Shown piece by piece: positions 47,554-55,867 of a stretch of 64,000 bases of DNA. Made by a program: the position numbers and the translations under genes. The notes beneath the pieces are model-generated. The model was not told the origin of the DNA, made no database searches, and saw only the letters and a program-made list of their open reading frames with translations. The stretch comes from Armatimonadetes bacterium UBA5352. Its GTDB lineage: Bacteria; Armatimonadota; Zipacnadia; Zipacnadales; UBA5352. Numbering within the stretch: position 1 is the stretch's first letter; every line of letters begins with the position of its first letter. The stretch spans positions 56,101-120,100 of the forward strand of contig DHPY01000104.1 in assembly GCA_002411015.1 (NCBI GenBank), read 5' to 3'.

Positions 47554-48873
47554 TCACACGTACTCGGCATGGCCGCCGCGCACGTTCCACAGCAGCGCGA
47601 CCATGACCGCCGCCAGCGCCGCTCCGCCCGCCCAAAGGCCCACCACCGATGACCAGCCCATGCTCTCGGCAAGCTGCCCGGTGAGGGCTACGCTGATCGC
47701 CGCGCCGACGGAGCCCCAGAAGTCGATGAAGCCGCCCGCGCTGGCGGCAGCTTTGCGAGTTGCCACGTCCATCGCCATCGTGTGGCAGATCATCATGTCC
47801 GGCCCATAGGTACATGCGCCCACGACCGCGAGGTAGAGCAGCAGCAGCCCGGTAGACTGCACCGGCACGAGCGGGAAGATGGCGCTCAGCACCGCGAGCA
47901 GCGCCAGCATCGGCACGACCACCGGCGCGCGCCGCCCGCCGAGGGTGGTGTCGGTCCACCAGCCCGCCACGAAGTTCCCCACTATCCCGCCCGCCCAGAT
48001 GATGGCCGTGATCGCAGCCGCGCGTGAGATGCTCGCGCCCTGATCGGTGAGGTAGGTGACCGCCCAGATGCCGAAGCCATGGCGCGTAATCGTCAGGCCA
48101 AAGAACGCCACCGCCAGCGCCCAGATCCGCCGATTGCCGACGGTCATCCTGATGATGTAGCGCCAGCCGTTGAAGCCGTTGCCGGTCTCGGCCGCCTGGC
48201 CGGTATGCTGCTCCTCGGCCGAGGGCAGGCCCACATCCTCCGGGGCCTCGCGCAGACGCAGGAAGGTGTGCAGCGCGGAGATCGTGAGGACGCCCGCGGG
48301 CACGATGAACGCCCAGCGCCAGCCGTAGTGCTCCCCGAGCCAGCCCGCGAGCACCATCACGAGCAGCGATCCAAGCGGGTAGTCGGCGCCGCGGATCGCC
48401 GAGACGCGCCCACGCTGAGCGGGCGGGAACCAGTTGGCGATGGTCTTCGCGGTGGACGGGAAGCCGCTCGCCTGGAAGAAGCCGTTGAGGCCCCAGATCA
48501 CGATCATCGGCGCCATCGGGCGCGAGAACGCGAACGCAACGTTCAGCGCTGCCGAGCCGAGCATCCCGCCGAGAAGCATCCAGCGCACGCCGTGGCGGTC
48601 GCTCAGCGCGCCAAAGAGAAGCTGGCCGAGCGCGTAGCCGATGAAGAGCGCCATGGTCACCTGGCCAAGGTCGCTCTTCGTGAGGCCGAGGTCGCGCTGC
48701 ATGGCCGGAAGCGCCGCCGCGATGTTCTGCCGGCAGAAGTAGTAGGTGGCGTAGGTGGCGAAGACCGTGGCTACCGTGCGAGCCTGCCAGCGGCGCAGGT
48801 CGCGTGCGACGTCCCTCGGTTCGGCAGCAGCATCGTTCACGGCGTGACCTCCAGCAGGTATCTCGCGCGACAT
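47554..48873 (-). CDS. MFS transporter (12 TM)
   Basis: TVATVFATYATYYFCRQN and GQLLFGALSDRHGVRWM (MFS motif A region G-x-L-a-D-r-x-G-r-r). 439 aa. Confidence 0.85.
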   Translation of the reverse strand: MSREIPAGGHAVNDAAAEPRDVARDLRRWQARTVATVFATYATYYFCRQNIAAALPAMQRDLGLTKSDLGQVTMALFIGYALGQLLFGALSDRHGVRWMLLGGMLGSAALNVAFAFSRPMAPMIVIWGLNGFFQASGFPSTAKTIANWFPPAQRGRVSAIRGADYPLGSLLVMVLAGWLGEHYGWRWAFIVPAGVLTISALHTFLRLREAPEDVGLPSAEEQHTGQAAETGNGFNGWRYIIRMTVGNRRIWALAVAFFGLTITRHGFGIWAVTYLTDQGASISRAAAITAIIWAGGIVGNFVAGWWTDTTLGGRRAPVVVPMLALLAVLSAIFPLVPVQSTGLLLLYLAVVGACTYGPDMMICHTMAMDVATRKAAASAGGFIDFWGSVGAAISVALTGQLAESMGWSSVVGLWAGGAALAAVMVALLWNVRGGHAEYV

Positions 48874-48999
48874 GAGGAACGCTCACCCGCGGCGAAGTCG
48901 CGCGCAGGCGCGCTTGTTCGTATCACACAGACCGGCGCGGGTCAAGCGCGGTACTCGCCGACGTCGCGCCATGATCCGCCAGCGCCATGGGAGGCCGAG

Positions 49000-49992
49000 A
49001 TGTCAGTGAACGTCGTCGTCGTCGGATACGGAAGCGCGTTCGGGATGGGCCACCACCATTCTGAGATGATCGGGAAGGCCATCGGGCTGGAGCTCACCGG
49101 GGTGTGCGAGTCTGATGCGGAACGCCGGGCGGCCGCCGCGGCCACCGAGGGAGTGCCGACGTACGCTTCGCTCCATGAGGTCTGCGCCGATGACAGCGTG
49201 GACATGGTCTCGCTGATCGTCCCGCACGATGTGCACGCGCCGCTGGCGATCCAGGCCATGGAAGCCGGAAAGCACGTACTGACCGAGAAGCCGATGTGCG
49301 TGACCACGGCCGAGGCGGACGCGATGATCGCGGCGTCGAAGGCCAATGGCGTCATGCTCACGGTCTACAACAACCGCCGCCTCGACCCGGACTTCGTGAC
49401 AGTGAAGCGGCTGATAGATGAGGGTGCGGTCGGAGAGCCCTTCATGGTTGAGTGCGCGGTCGGCGGCGCGCGGCCGCTGCGCGGATGGCGCTGCTCTGAG
49501 GCGCACGGCGGCGGGATGATCCGCGACTGGGGCGCGCACGTGCTCGACCAGATGTGCCTGATCGCCGACAGCCCCGCGAAAAGCGTTTACGCGCAGTTCG
49601 AGCACCGCATGTGGACCGATCTCATGGACGTCCCGACGCATACCCAACTGATGATCGAGTTCGAGTCGGGCCTGCGCGCGGAGGCGACCTTCAGCAACAA
49701 CATGTGGGCGCAGAAGCCGCGCTGGCTGGTGCTCGGTGAGGAGGGCGGGCTCTTCAAGCAGGCGGGTGGCGCGGGCAATGTAACGTGGCACCACGAAGTT
49801 GCAGGGCAGCATGCGGTTACTGAGGTGCCCTGCATCGAGCCCGACCGCGCGCAGCTCTACCAGAACGTGTCGGACCACCTGAACGAGGGCGCGGAACTGA
49901 TGGTGAAGCCGGAGCAGACGCGGCGCTACGTGGCGATCTATGAGGCGGCGTATGAGTCCGCTGCCACCGGGCAGGCGGTGAAGCCGAAGTAG
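49000..49992 (+). CDS. Gfo/Idh/MocA family oxidoreductase
   Basis: GGGAGG RBS. MSVNVVVVGYGSAFGMGHHH...LIVPHDVHAPLAIQAMEAGKHVLTEKPM is the Rossmann fold with the EKP motif. Confidence 0.85.
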   Translation: MSVNVVVVGYGSAFGMGHHHSEMIGKAIGLELTGVCESDAERRAAAAATEGVPTYASLHEVCADDSVDMVSLIVPHDVHAPLAIQAMEAGKHVLTEKPMCVTTAEADAMIAASKANGVMLTVYNNRRLDPDFVTVKRLIDEGAVGEPFMVECAVGGARPLRGWRCSEAHGGGMIRDWGAHVLDQMCLIADSPAKSVYAQFEHRMWTDLMDVPTHTQLMIEFESGLRAEATFSNNMWAQKPRWLVLGEEGGLFKQAGGAGNVTWHHEVAGQHAVTEVPCIEPDRAQLYQNVSDHLNEGAELMVKPEQTRRYVAIYEAAYESAATGQAVKPK

Positions 49993-50034
49993 GAGCTACA
50001 GAGGGCCTGGGGAGGTAGAGGTGACCGGCCGGGG

Positions 50035-50082
50035 TCTGGCACAGAACGCTAACCCCGGCCGCTTCTCGTCCTCCCAAGAGCG
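50035..50082 (+). terminator. Terminator-like hairpin after the oxidoreductase gene (9-bp stem cggccgggg/ccccggccg, 18-nt loop, followed by CUUCUCGUCCUCC)
   Basis: Read directly 40 nt after the stop at 49992. Confidence 0.35.
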
Positions 50083-50234
50083 CCCGCCCGACTCAGGTTT
50101 CGGGCTGAGACCCGAGGCATTTCGGGATTTCCCCCAGCAGGGAGTCCATCGCCACGATCTGAAATCTCCCCTCGCACGCATTGAACCGACCGTCATCTGG
50201 GTAGACTAAGGTTCGGAGCAAGGTCGGGAAACGA

Positions 50235-50486
50235 TTGGGGATGGGCGGCATGAACTGGGATGCGTACGAAGACGTCGATGTCGTGGTGGCGAGAGAGATG
50301 GATGACGAAGGCGAGGATGAGCGCGAAGCGCCTCGACAGACGCGATTCCGACTTGAGCGGGCAGTCTGCCCTCGTTGCCGGATGTTGCTCTCTGTGGTAG
50401 AGACTCGTAAGGGCAGGTGCTCGACCTGCCATGCAGAGCTGGAGCCGCGCACGGCAGAACGGCCATCGCGGCGGCTCGCCTGCTAG
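50235..50486 (+). CDS. Small acidic protein with C-terminal zinc-ribbon (CPRC...CSTC), inside the long nrdD leader; may not be expressed
   Basis: MGMGGMNWDAYEDVDVVVAREMDDEGEDE...CPRCRMLLSVVETRKGRCSTCHAE. No strong RBS. Confidence 0.25.
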   Translation: MGMGGMNWDAYEDVDVVVAREMDDEGEDEREAPRQTRFRLERAVCPRCRMLLSVVETRKGRCSTCHAELEPRTAERPSRRLAC

Positions 50487-50587
50487 CGGATGCAGGCGGC
50501 GCTCTCCAGAAAGAGTGTCGCGAGGCACAGCTGACGCGGCGCGAAACGGCCCGCCAGGGCGCGGAATCAGGGATCTGCTCAGCGACC

Positions 50588-50616
50588 TTGACTCCCCCTG
50601 GCGGGCATTGTATAAA
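50588..50616 (+). promoter_or_regulatory. Near-consensus sigma70-type promoter (TTGACT - 17 nt - TATAAA, with a TG just upstream) in a locally AT-rich island about 230 nt upstream of nrdD
   Basis: ttgactccccctggcgggcattgtataaat. This is unusual in a 68% GC context. An NrdR-box-like imperfect palindrome (cattgtataaatgagtg) overlaps the -10. Confidence 0.4.
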
Positions 50617-50843
50617 TGAGTGCACCTTCGATCACCTAATCCTCAACAGCCCTGCACCGCCTTGCTCGGGAACTCGAAGGACAGGCAGGAAGCGCGAGGG
50701 ATGCGGCGAAGGGGAGCTTCCGAAGTCGCCGTCGCAGCACGACAGGTGGTCTGGTGGCGGCTGAAGCAACACGTTCAGAGCCTTCATCGCACTACAACTG
50801 ATGCCCCCGCCGCATGCGGGGTGCCCGGGAGGCGAGCGCTCCG

Positions 50844-52874
50844 ATGGACCTCGATCCGACACTCGGCGTACGTGAGGTCATAAAGCGGGACGGCCAGCGC
50901 GTGCCGTTCGATCCATCGCGGATCGAACTCGCGATCCTCAAGGCCGGCAACGCCTCCGGTGAGTTCGGCCGCGGTGAGGCAGCAGAGCTCACCGAGCGGG
51001 TCCTGAAGGTCATCCGCCACCGAAGTTGGTCCGACAGCCCCTCCGTGGAGCAGATCCAGGACATCGTGGAGCAGGTCCTCATCGAGGCCGACCACTTCGT
51101 CACCGCGCGCAAGTACATCGTGTACCGCGAGCAACGTAAGCGTGTGCGCGATGACCAGCGTGTGCTGATAGATGCCGTCAGCTCCGTCAACGAATACCTC
51201 GAGGAGGCGGACTGGCGGGTTCACGCAAACGCCAACCAGGGCTACTCGCTTGGGGGCCTGATCCTGAACGTTGCGGGGAAGGTCACCGCGAACTACTGGC
51301 TGAGCGAGGTCTACCCGGCTGAGGTCGGTCAGGCGCACAGGCGCGGCGACCTGCACATCCACGACCTCGACATGCTCTCGGGCTACTGCGCCGGCTGGTC
51401 GCTGCGCGACCTGCTCTACCAGGGCTTCAACGGTGTGCCGGGCAAGGTTGAGGCGGCGCCGGCGAAGCGCCTGTCCTCGGCTGTCGGACAGATGGTCAAC
51501 TTCCTCGGCACGCTGCAGAACGAGTGGGCAGGCGCTCAGGCCTTCAGCAGCTTCGACACCTACCTCGCGCCCTTCGTCCGCGCGGATCACCTGCGCTATG
51601 GCGACGTGAAGCAGTGCATCCAGGAGTTCGTCTACAACCTAAACGTGCCGTCCCGCTGGGGCACGCAGACGCCGTTCACGAACATCACCCTCGACTGGAC
51701 CTGCCCGGAGGACCTGCGTAACCAGCACCCGCGGCTCGGCGATGAGGAAGTCAGCTTCACCTACGGCGACCTCGACCACGAGATGGCGATGATCAACCAG
51801 GCATTCCTCGAGGTCATGACGATCGGCGACTGGCGCGGCCGGGTCTTCACCTTCCCGATTCCGACCTACAACATCACGCACGATTTCGACTGGGATCACC
51901 CGAATACCAATCGGCTCTTTGAGATGACGGCGAAGTATGGCATCCCTTACTTCCAGAACTTCCTCAACTCTGACCTCGAGCCGCACATGGTGCGCTCGAT
52001 GTGCTGCAGACTCCAGCTTGACTTGCACGAGTTGCTCAAGCGCGGGAACGGCCTCTTCGGCTCAGCGGAGCAGACAGGTTCCGTGGGCGTCGTCACGCTG
52101 AACTGCGCGCGCATGGGCTACCTCGCGAAGGGCGACCTGTATGCGCTCTACCAGCGCATTGACGATCTGCTCGAGATCGCCTCGGAGAGCCTGGAACTCA
52201 AGCGCAAGACGGTGCAACGTTGTATAGATAATGGGCTTCTTCCGTATACACAGCGCTACCTCGGCAAGCTACGCAACCACTTCAGCACCATCGGCGTGAA
52301 CGGGATCCACGAGTGCATCGCCAACTTCACCGGCGGCGAGCATGACATCACTGACGAGTGGGGACGGCAGTTCGCGATAGACCTGCTGAATCACATCCGG
52401 GAGCGGCTCGTGGCAGTCCAGGAGGAGACGGGGCATCTCTACAACCTGGAGGCCACACCCGCCGAGAGCGCGACCTACCGCTTCGCGCGGGAGGACCGGA
52501 AGCGTTGGGCGGACATCATCCAGTCCGGCCCTGAGAGTGCGCCCTACTACACGAACTCAAGCCAGTTGCCGGTTGGCTGGACCGAGGACCCGTTTGGGGC
52601 GCTGGAGCACCAGGAGGAGCTGCAGCGGCTCTACACGGGTGGGACGGTCTTCCATATGTACATGCCGGAGCGGATCAGCTCGGCCGAGGCCTGCAAGCAG
52701 TTGGTGCGGCGTACGCTGGAGCGCTTCCGCATACCGTACCTGACGATTACGCCGACGTTCTCGATCTGCCCGCGCCACGGGTACCTTGCGGGCGAACAGG
52801 AGTTCTGCCCGAAGTGCGACGCCGAACGTCTGGCTGAGAAACGCTCTGGTGGCGCACAGGTCAGCGCAAAGTAG
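50844..52874 (+). CDS. nrdD: Anaerobic ribonucleoside-triphosphate reductase (class III RNR) catalytic core: ATP-cone + barrel + Zn-ribbon, lacking the C-terminal glycyl-radical segment
   Basis: GGGAGG RBS. ATP-cone VIKRDGQRVPFDPSRIELAI. NrdD motifs AQAFSSFDTYLAPFV, GTQTPFTNITLDW, PIPTYNITHDFDW, MVRSMCCRLQ, GSVGVVTLNCARMGY and YTGGTVFHMYM. The Zn-ribbon is ICPRHGY...CPKCDAE. A TAG stop 18 codons later comes before any RVxGY glycyl-radical motif. Confidence 0.9.
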   Translation: MDLDPTLGVREVIKRDGQRVPFDPSRIELAILKAGNASGEFGRGEAAELTERVLKVIRHRSWSDSPSVEQIQDIVEQVLIEADHFVTARKYIVYREQRKRVRDDQRVLIDAVSSVNEYLEEADWRVHANANQGYSLGGLILNVAGKVTANYWLSEVYPAEVGQAHRRGDLHIHDLDMLSGYCAGWSLRDLLYQGFNGVPGKVEAAPAKRLSSAVGQMVNFLGTLQNEWAGAQAFSSFDTYLAPFVRADHLRYGDVKQCIQEFVYNLNVPSRWGTQTPFTNITLDWTCPEDLRNQHPRLGDEEVSFTYGDLDHEMAMINQAFLEVMTIGDWRGRVFTFPIPTYNITHDFDWDHPNTNRLFEMTAKYGIPYFQNFLNSDLEPHMVRSMCCRLQLDLHELLKRGNGLFGSAEQTGSVGVVTLNCARMGYLAKGDLYALYQRIDDLLEIASESLELKRKTVQRCIDNGLLPYTQRYLGKLRNHFSTIGVNGIHECIANFTGGEHDITDEWGRQFAIDLLNHIRERLVAVQEETGHLYNLEATPAESATYRFAREDRKRWADIIQSGPESAPYYTNSSQLPVGWTEDPFGALEHQEELQRLYTGGTVFHMYMPERISSAEACKQLVRRTLERFRIPYLTITPTFSICPRHGYLAGEQEFCPKCDAERLAEKRSGGAQVSAK

Positions 52875-52994
52875 CAGGAGGTCACGCCGGCGACGCGCCG
52901 AATGGTTCTCCGAGCGGTGTTGGATACGCAGCAACTACCACACCACTGCGGTGGCGCGGCTCGCGGGGAACCGCCGCGAAGGAAGGCGAAACGA

Positions 52995-53207
52995 ATGGAT
53001 CGCGACAGAGAGAAGCAGGACGCGGGCAGCCAACTGAGCGACTCAGAGCGCACGCGCTGCGAGGTCTGGACGCGCGTGATGGGCTACTACCGGCCGGTGT
53101 CGATGTGGAACGCGGGCAAGCAGTCGGAGTATGCCGACCGCCGGGCGTTCCTCGAGCCGCCGATGGCCTACCAGACCCCGTCGGGCCAGGAGAAGCTGGG
53201 ACTGTAG
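52995..53207 (+). CDS. Stand-alone glycyl-radical domain protein (70 aa) completing NrdD; in frame with nrdD but separately initiated
   Basis: An AAGGAAGG RBS 8 nt before the ATG. MDRDREKQDAGSQLSDSERTRCEVWTRVMGYYRPVSMWNAGKQSEYADRRAF contains the class III RNR glycyl-radical signature (cf. RVCGYLG...NAGKQEE in characterised NrdD). It ends 3 nt before the nrdG ATG. Confidence 0.6.
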   Translation: MDRDREKQDAGSQLSDSERTRCEVWTRVMGYYRPVSMWNAGKQSEYADRRAFLEPPMAYQTPSGQEKLGL

Positions 53208-53210
53208 CGC

Positions 53211-53963
53211 ATGCGTGTACCGCGACTCATTGAGCCCTCGATGCCGGATGGGGAGCACCCCCGCCTGCGCGTCGGGGGCTTCGAGCCTTTGACGACCCTC
53301 GAATGGTCTGGCCGTCTCTCCGCTGTAGTCTTTCTGCAGGGCTGCCCGTGGAAGTGCCGCTACTGCCATAACGCAGAGCTCACGCCGCTGACCGCCCCCG
53401 GAATGACGCCGTGGCCGGCGATCCTGCGGGAGCTTGAGGCGCGGCGTGGCTTCATTGATGCGGTGATCTTCTCGGGTGGTGAGCCGACCGCGCAATCAGA
53501 ACTCCCCGCAGCGCTGAGCGAGGTCGCTGCGATGGGCTTCGCGGTGGCGGTACACAGCAACGGCTACGCTCCACGCAAGCTGCGAGCCGCGCTGGAGTGC
53601 GGCGGCCTGGGCCAGGTCGCGATGGATATCAAGGCGCCCTTCGAGGAGTATCCGCTCATCACGCAGGTACCCGCCAGCGGGCGTGGCGCGTGGGAGTCGG
53701 CCATGGCAGTGCTTGCGTCGGGTGTCGAGCACGAGTTCCGCACGACCTACCATCCTGCGCTGCTCACGCACAACCACCTGCGCGCGATCGCCCGGGAGCT
53801 TGCGGAGATCGGCGCCGAGCGCTGGGTCGTACAACTCTTCCGCGCGGAGGGCTGCCCGGTGCGCTGGCTGCGCGAGTCGATCGCGCTGCCCGCGCGCATC
53901 CCCGGCGAGCTGCGCGAGGAGCTTGCGGGCGTCATTACGCTGGATGTGCGGGGCGAGGCGTAG
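53211..53963 (+). CDS. nrdG: Anaerobic ribonucleoside-triphosphate reductase activating protein (radical SAM)
   Basis: CPWKCRYCHN (CxxxCxxC radical-SAM cluster), SGGEPT and the nrdD-adjacent context. Confidence 0.9.
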   Translation: MRVPRLIEPSMPDGEHPRLRVGGFEPLTTLEWSGRLSAVVFLQGCPWKCRYCHNAELTPLTAPGMTPWPAILRELEARRGFIDAVIFSGGEPTAQSELPAALSEVAAMGFAVAVHSNGYAPRKLRAALECGGLGQVAMDIKAPFEEYPLITQVPASGRGAWESAMAVLASGVEHEFRTTYHPALLTHNHLRAIARELAEIGAERWVVQLFRAEGCPVRWLRESIALPARIPGELREELAGVITLDVRGEA

Positions 53964-53992
53964 TCGTCGTGGCTCGCCCCCACGAAGCAATC

Positions 53993-55867
53993 TCAGCTGT
54001 TGGACAGCAGCCTCTGCGCGTACGCGCTCACGGTCAGCCGCCGGTCGTGTGCGTAGCGGCGGATGATCTCCTCCCCCATCGGGTCGCTCATTGCCCGGAG
54101 CGCCCGCGCGGCAGCAAGCTCGAACTTCCACCCGGGATGGCGCTTCGGGTCATAGCTGTCGTTCCAGAAGCGGGCATCCGCGCGCAGGCGGTCGAGGAAG
54201 CTGTGGATCGCCTCCGCCGCTCGCGGATCGGCGAGACGCTCGAGCCCCGCGAGGGCGTAGAGCCACGGCTCGTTGAAGGTCGCCTCAGTCTCCAGCGCTG
54301 CCTCGTACAGCTCGCGTTCCTCTGGGCGCGGATCGTCGGTGAGGCAGGCTAGAGCGCTGACCCAGCGCGGCTGCACGAACGGGTGGTTGCTGGGCACCGC
54401 AGCGTCGCGCTCCCGCAGCATCTCAACGAGCACCGACCGAGCCTCCTCCACGCCCTGCGCGCCGAGGACGAGTGCCGCCCACGGCGAGCGATCGTCGGCG
54501 GCTCTCATGGCTTCAAGGAGCGCCGGGTGTGCGTCTTCGTGGTGGCAGTAGAGCTCCCACATGGCGAGCTCGCGGCCGTCGCCGTCGAGTGCCGCAATGA
54601 GCTCGGGGATCGAGCGCGGCTGCCGGCGCTCCTCGCGCTCGCCCTCCGCGAGTTCCGTCTGCGTCAGAATGCCGCTCTTCACCAGCTCACGCTGCAGCTC
54701 GGCGATGTTGATGTCGCGCACGCCGACGCCGTGACGGGCGGCCAGCGCCGCGGCGATGCCTGCCGCCTCGCCAATCCGGTGCATGTCCTTCATCATCCGC
54801 ACCGCAGCGGCGGCATCGTGTGTCATGGAGATGCAGCGGCCGGAGAGGAGCAGACCCTCAAGCCCCTGCGGCAGCAGCACACGGTAGGGCAGGTCACACT
54901 GCAGGGCGGACCTCCAGTTGCCGGTCACGTCGCAGAAGATCCGCGCCTCGTGGCCCTCCAGGGCACAGTCGCGCGCGTGGTTGTCGTAGTGGCTGCGCGT
55001 CTTCCCGATGGTGTCGGGGAAGCATTGGCCGAAGAAGAGGTCATCGAGCGTCAGCACGTACTCGCCGAGGACCGTGCGGCTCTCGCGGACCCCGAGGATC
55101 GCGCCGCAGTACTGGAAGCGGTTCTCCTCGGTGTAGGGGTCGCGCCAGAGCCTCCGCCGGGCGACGGTGAAGCCGCGCGCGTAATCCACCGGGTCATTCG
55201 GGAAGACCCAGCCGGCGTCGAAGTTCGCGTGCGAGACCTGCGCGTCGAGCGTCGGGTGGCAGACCCCGGGCGTCAGCGAGTAGGCCATCGGCATCCCGTC
55301 GCCATCGCGGCCCATCATCCAGCGCGCGCCAGCGAGAGCCGCCACGTCGCCGTCACCGGTCGCATCTACTGTCACGTGCGCGAGGACCGCGACCCGCCCG
55401 CGCTCGCCGTCAACCACCAGCCCGCGAACTGTGCCATCCTCGACGACCACGCCGGTGACGGTGGTGCGGAGCCAGAGCTCCACGCCGGCGGCCTCGGCCA
55501 TCTCATCGAGTACGAGCTTCCGGCCCTCGGGATGCCACCCGCGCCTGCTGGCGCAAAGGGTCGGATCAAGCTCCTCGTCGCGGCGATCGAGTTCGTCCTG
55601 CAGGCCGCCGCTGAGGCCCCAGTAGTAGTGGTGGATCGGGCCGCCGGTGGCGATGCCGCCGAGGAACGGCTGCGCCTCGACGAGGATTACCTTAGCCCCC
55701 TGGCGGCCTGCGGCGATCGCTGCCAGCGCACCTGCAGGTCCTCCTCCGGCCACAAGCACGTCGGCCGTAGCCGCCACCTGCAGCGTCTCTCCTGCGACCT
55801 CGATGGTCTTCGGCGCCTCAAGCGCGTCTCGTATCTGAAGCTCACTCACAGCGCGAACCTCCCTCAA
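53993..55867 (-). CDS. FAD-dependent oxidoreductase (FAD_oxidored family) with C-terminal HEAT/ARM-like helical domain
   Basis: ADVLVAGGGPAGALAAIAAGRQGAKVILVE is the Rossmann GxGxxG. 624 aa. This family is often linked to glycan catabolic loci. Confidence 0.8.
   Translation of the reverse strand: MREVRAVSELQIRDALEAPKTIEVAGETLQVAATADVLVAGGGPAGALAAIAAGRQGAKVILVEAQPFLGGIATGGPIHHYYWGLSGGLQDELDRRDEELDPTLCASRRGWHPEGRKLVLDEMAEAAGVELWLRTTVTGVVVEDGTVRGLVVDGERGRVAVLAHVTVDATGDGDVAALAGARWMMGRDGDGMPMAYSLTPGVCHPTLDAQVSHANFDAGWVFPNDPVDYARGFTVARRRLWRDPYTEENRFQYCGAILGVRESRTVLGEYVLTLDDLFFGQCFPDTIGKTRSHYDNHARDCALEGHEARIFCDVTGNWRSALQCDLPYRVLLPQGLEGLLLSGRCISMTHDAAAAVRMMKDMHRIGEAAGIAAALAARHGVGVRDINIAELQRELVKSGILTQTELAEGEREERRQPRSIPELIAALDGDGRELAMWELYCHHEDAHPALLEAMRAADDRSPWAALVLGAQGVEEARSVLVEMLRERDAAVPSNHPFVQPRWVSALACLTDDPRPEERELYEAALETEATFNEPWLYALAGLERLADPRAAEAIHSFLDRLRADARFWNDSYDPKRHPGWKFELAAARALRAMSDPMGEEIIRRYAHDRRLTVSAYAQRLLSNS

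Noticed and set aside
47513-48886. 457-aa alternative-frame ORF overlapping the MFS transporter
   Set aside because: Same strand but a different frame. The 47554..48873 frame carries the MFS motifs and TM periodicity, while this frame is Arg/Gly/Pro-rich junk.
50500-50843. Cobalamin riboswitch upstream of the RNR
   Set aside because: No B12-box (GCCACTG) or other recognisable riboswitch core was seen. Class III RNR is not B12-dependent.
52875-52994. Group I intron or intein explanation for the nrdD interruption
   Set aside because: The inserted segment is only about 240 nt and has no P/Q/R/S core or GTTCAGAGACTA-like element. An intein is excluded by the in-frame stop. It has instead an RBS plus ATG.
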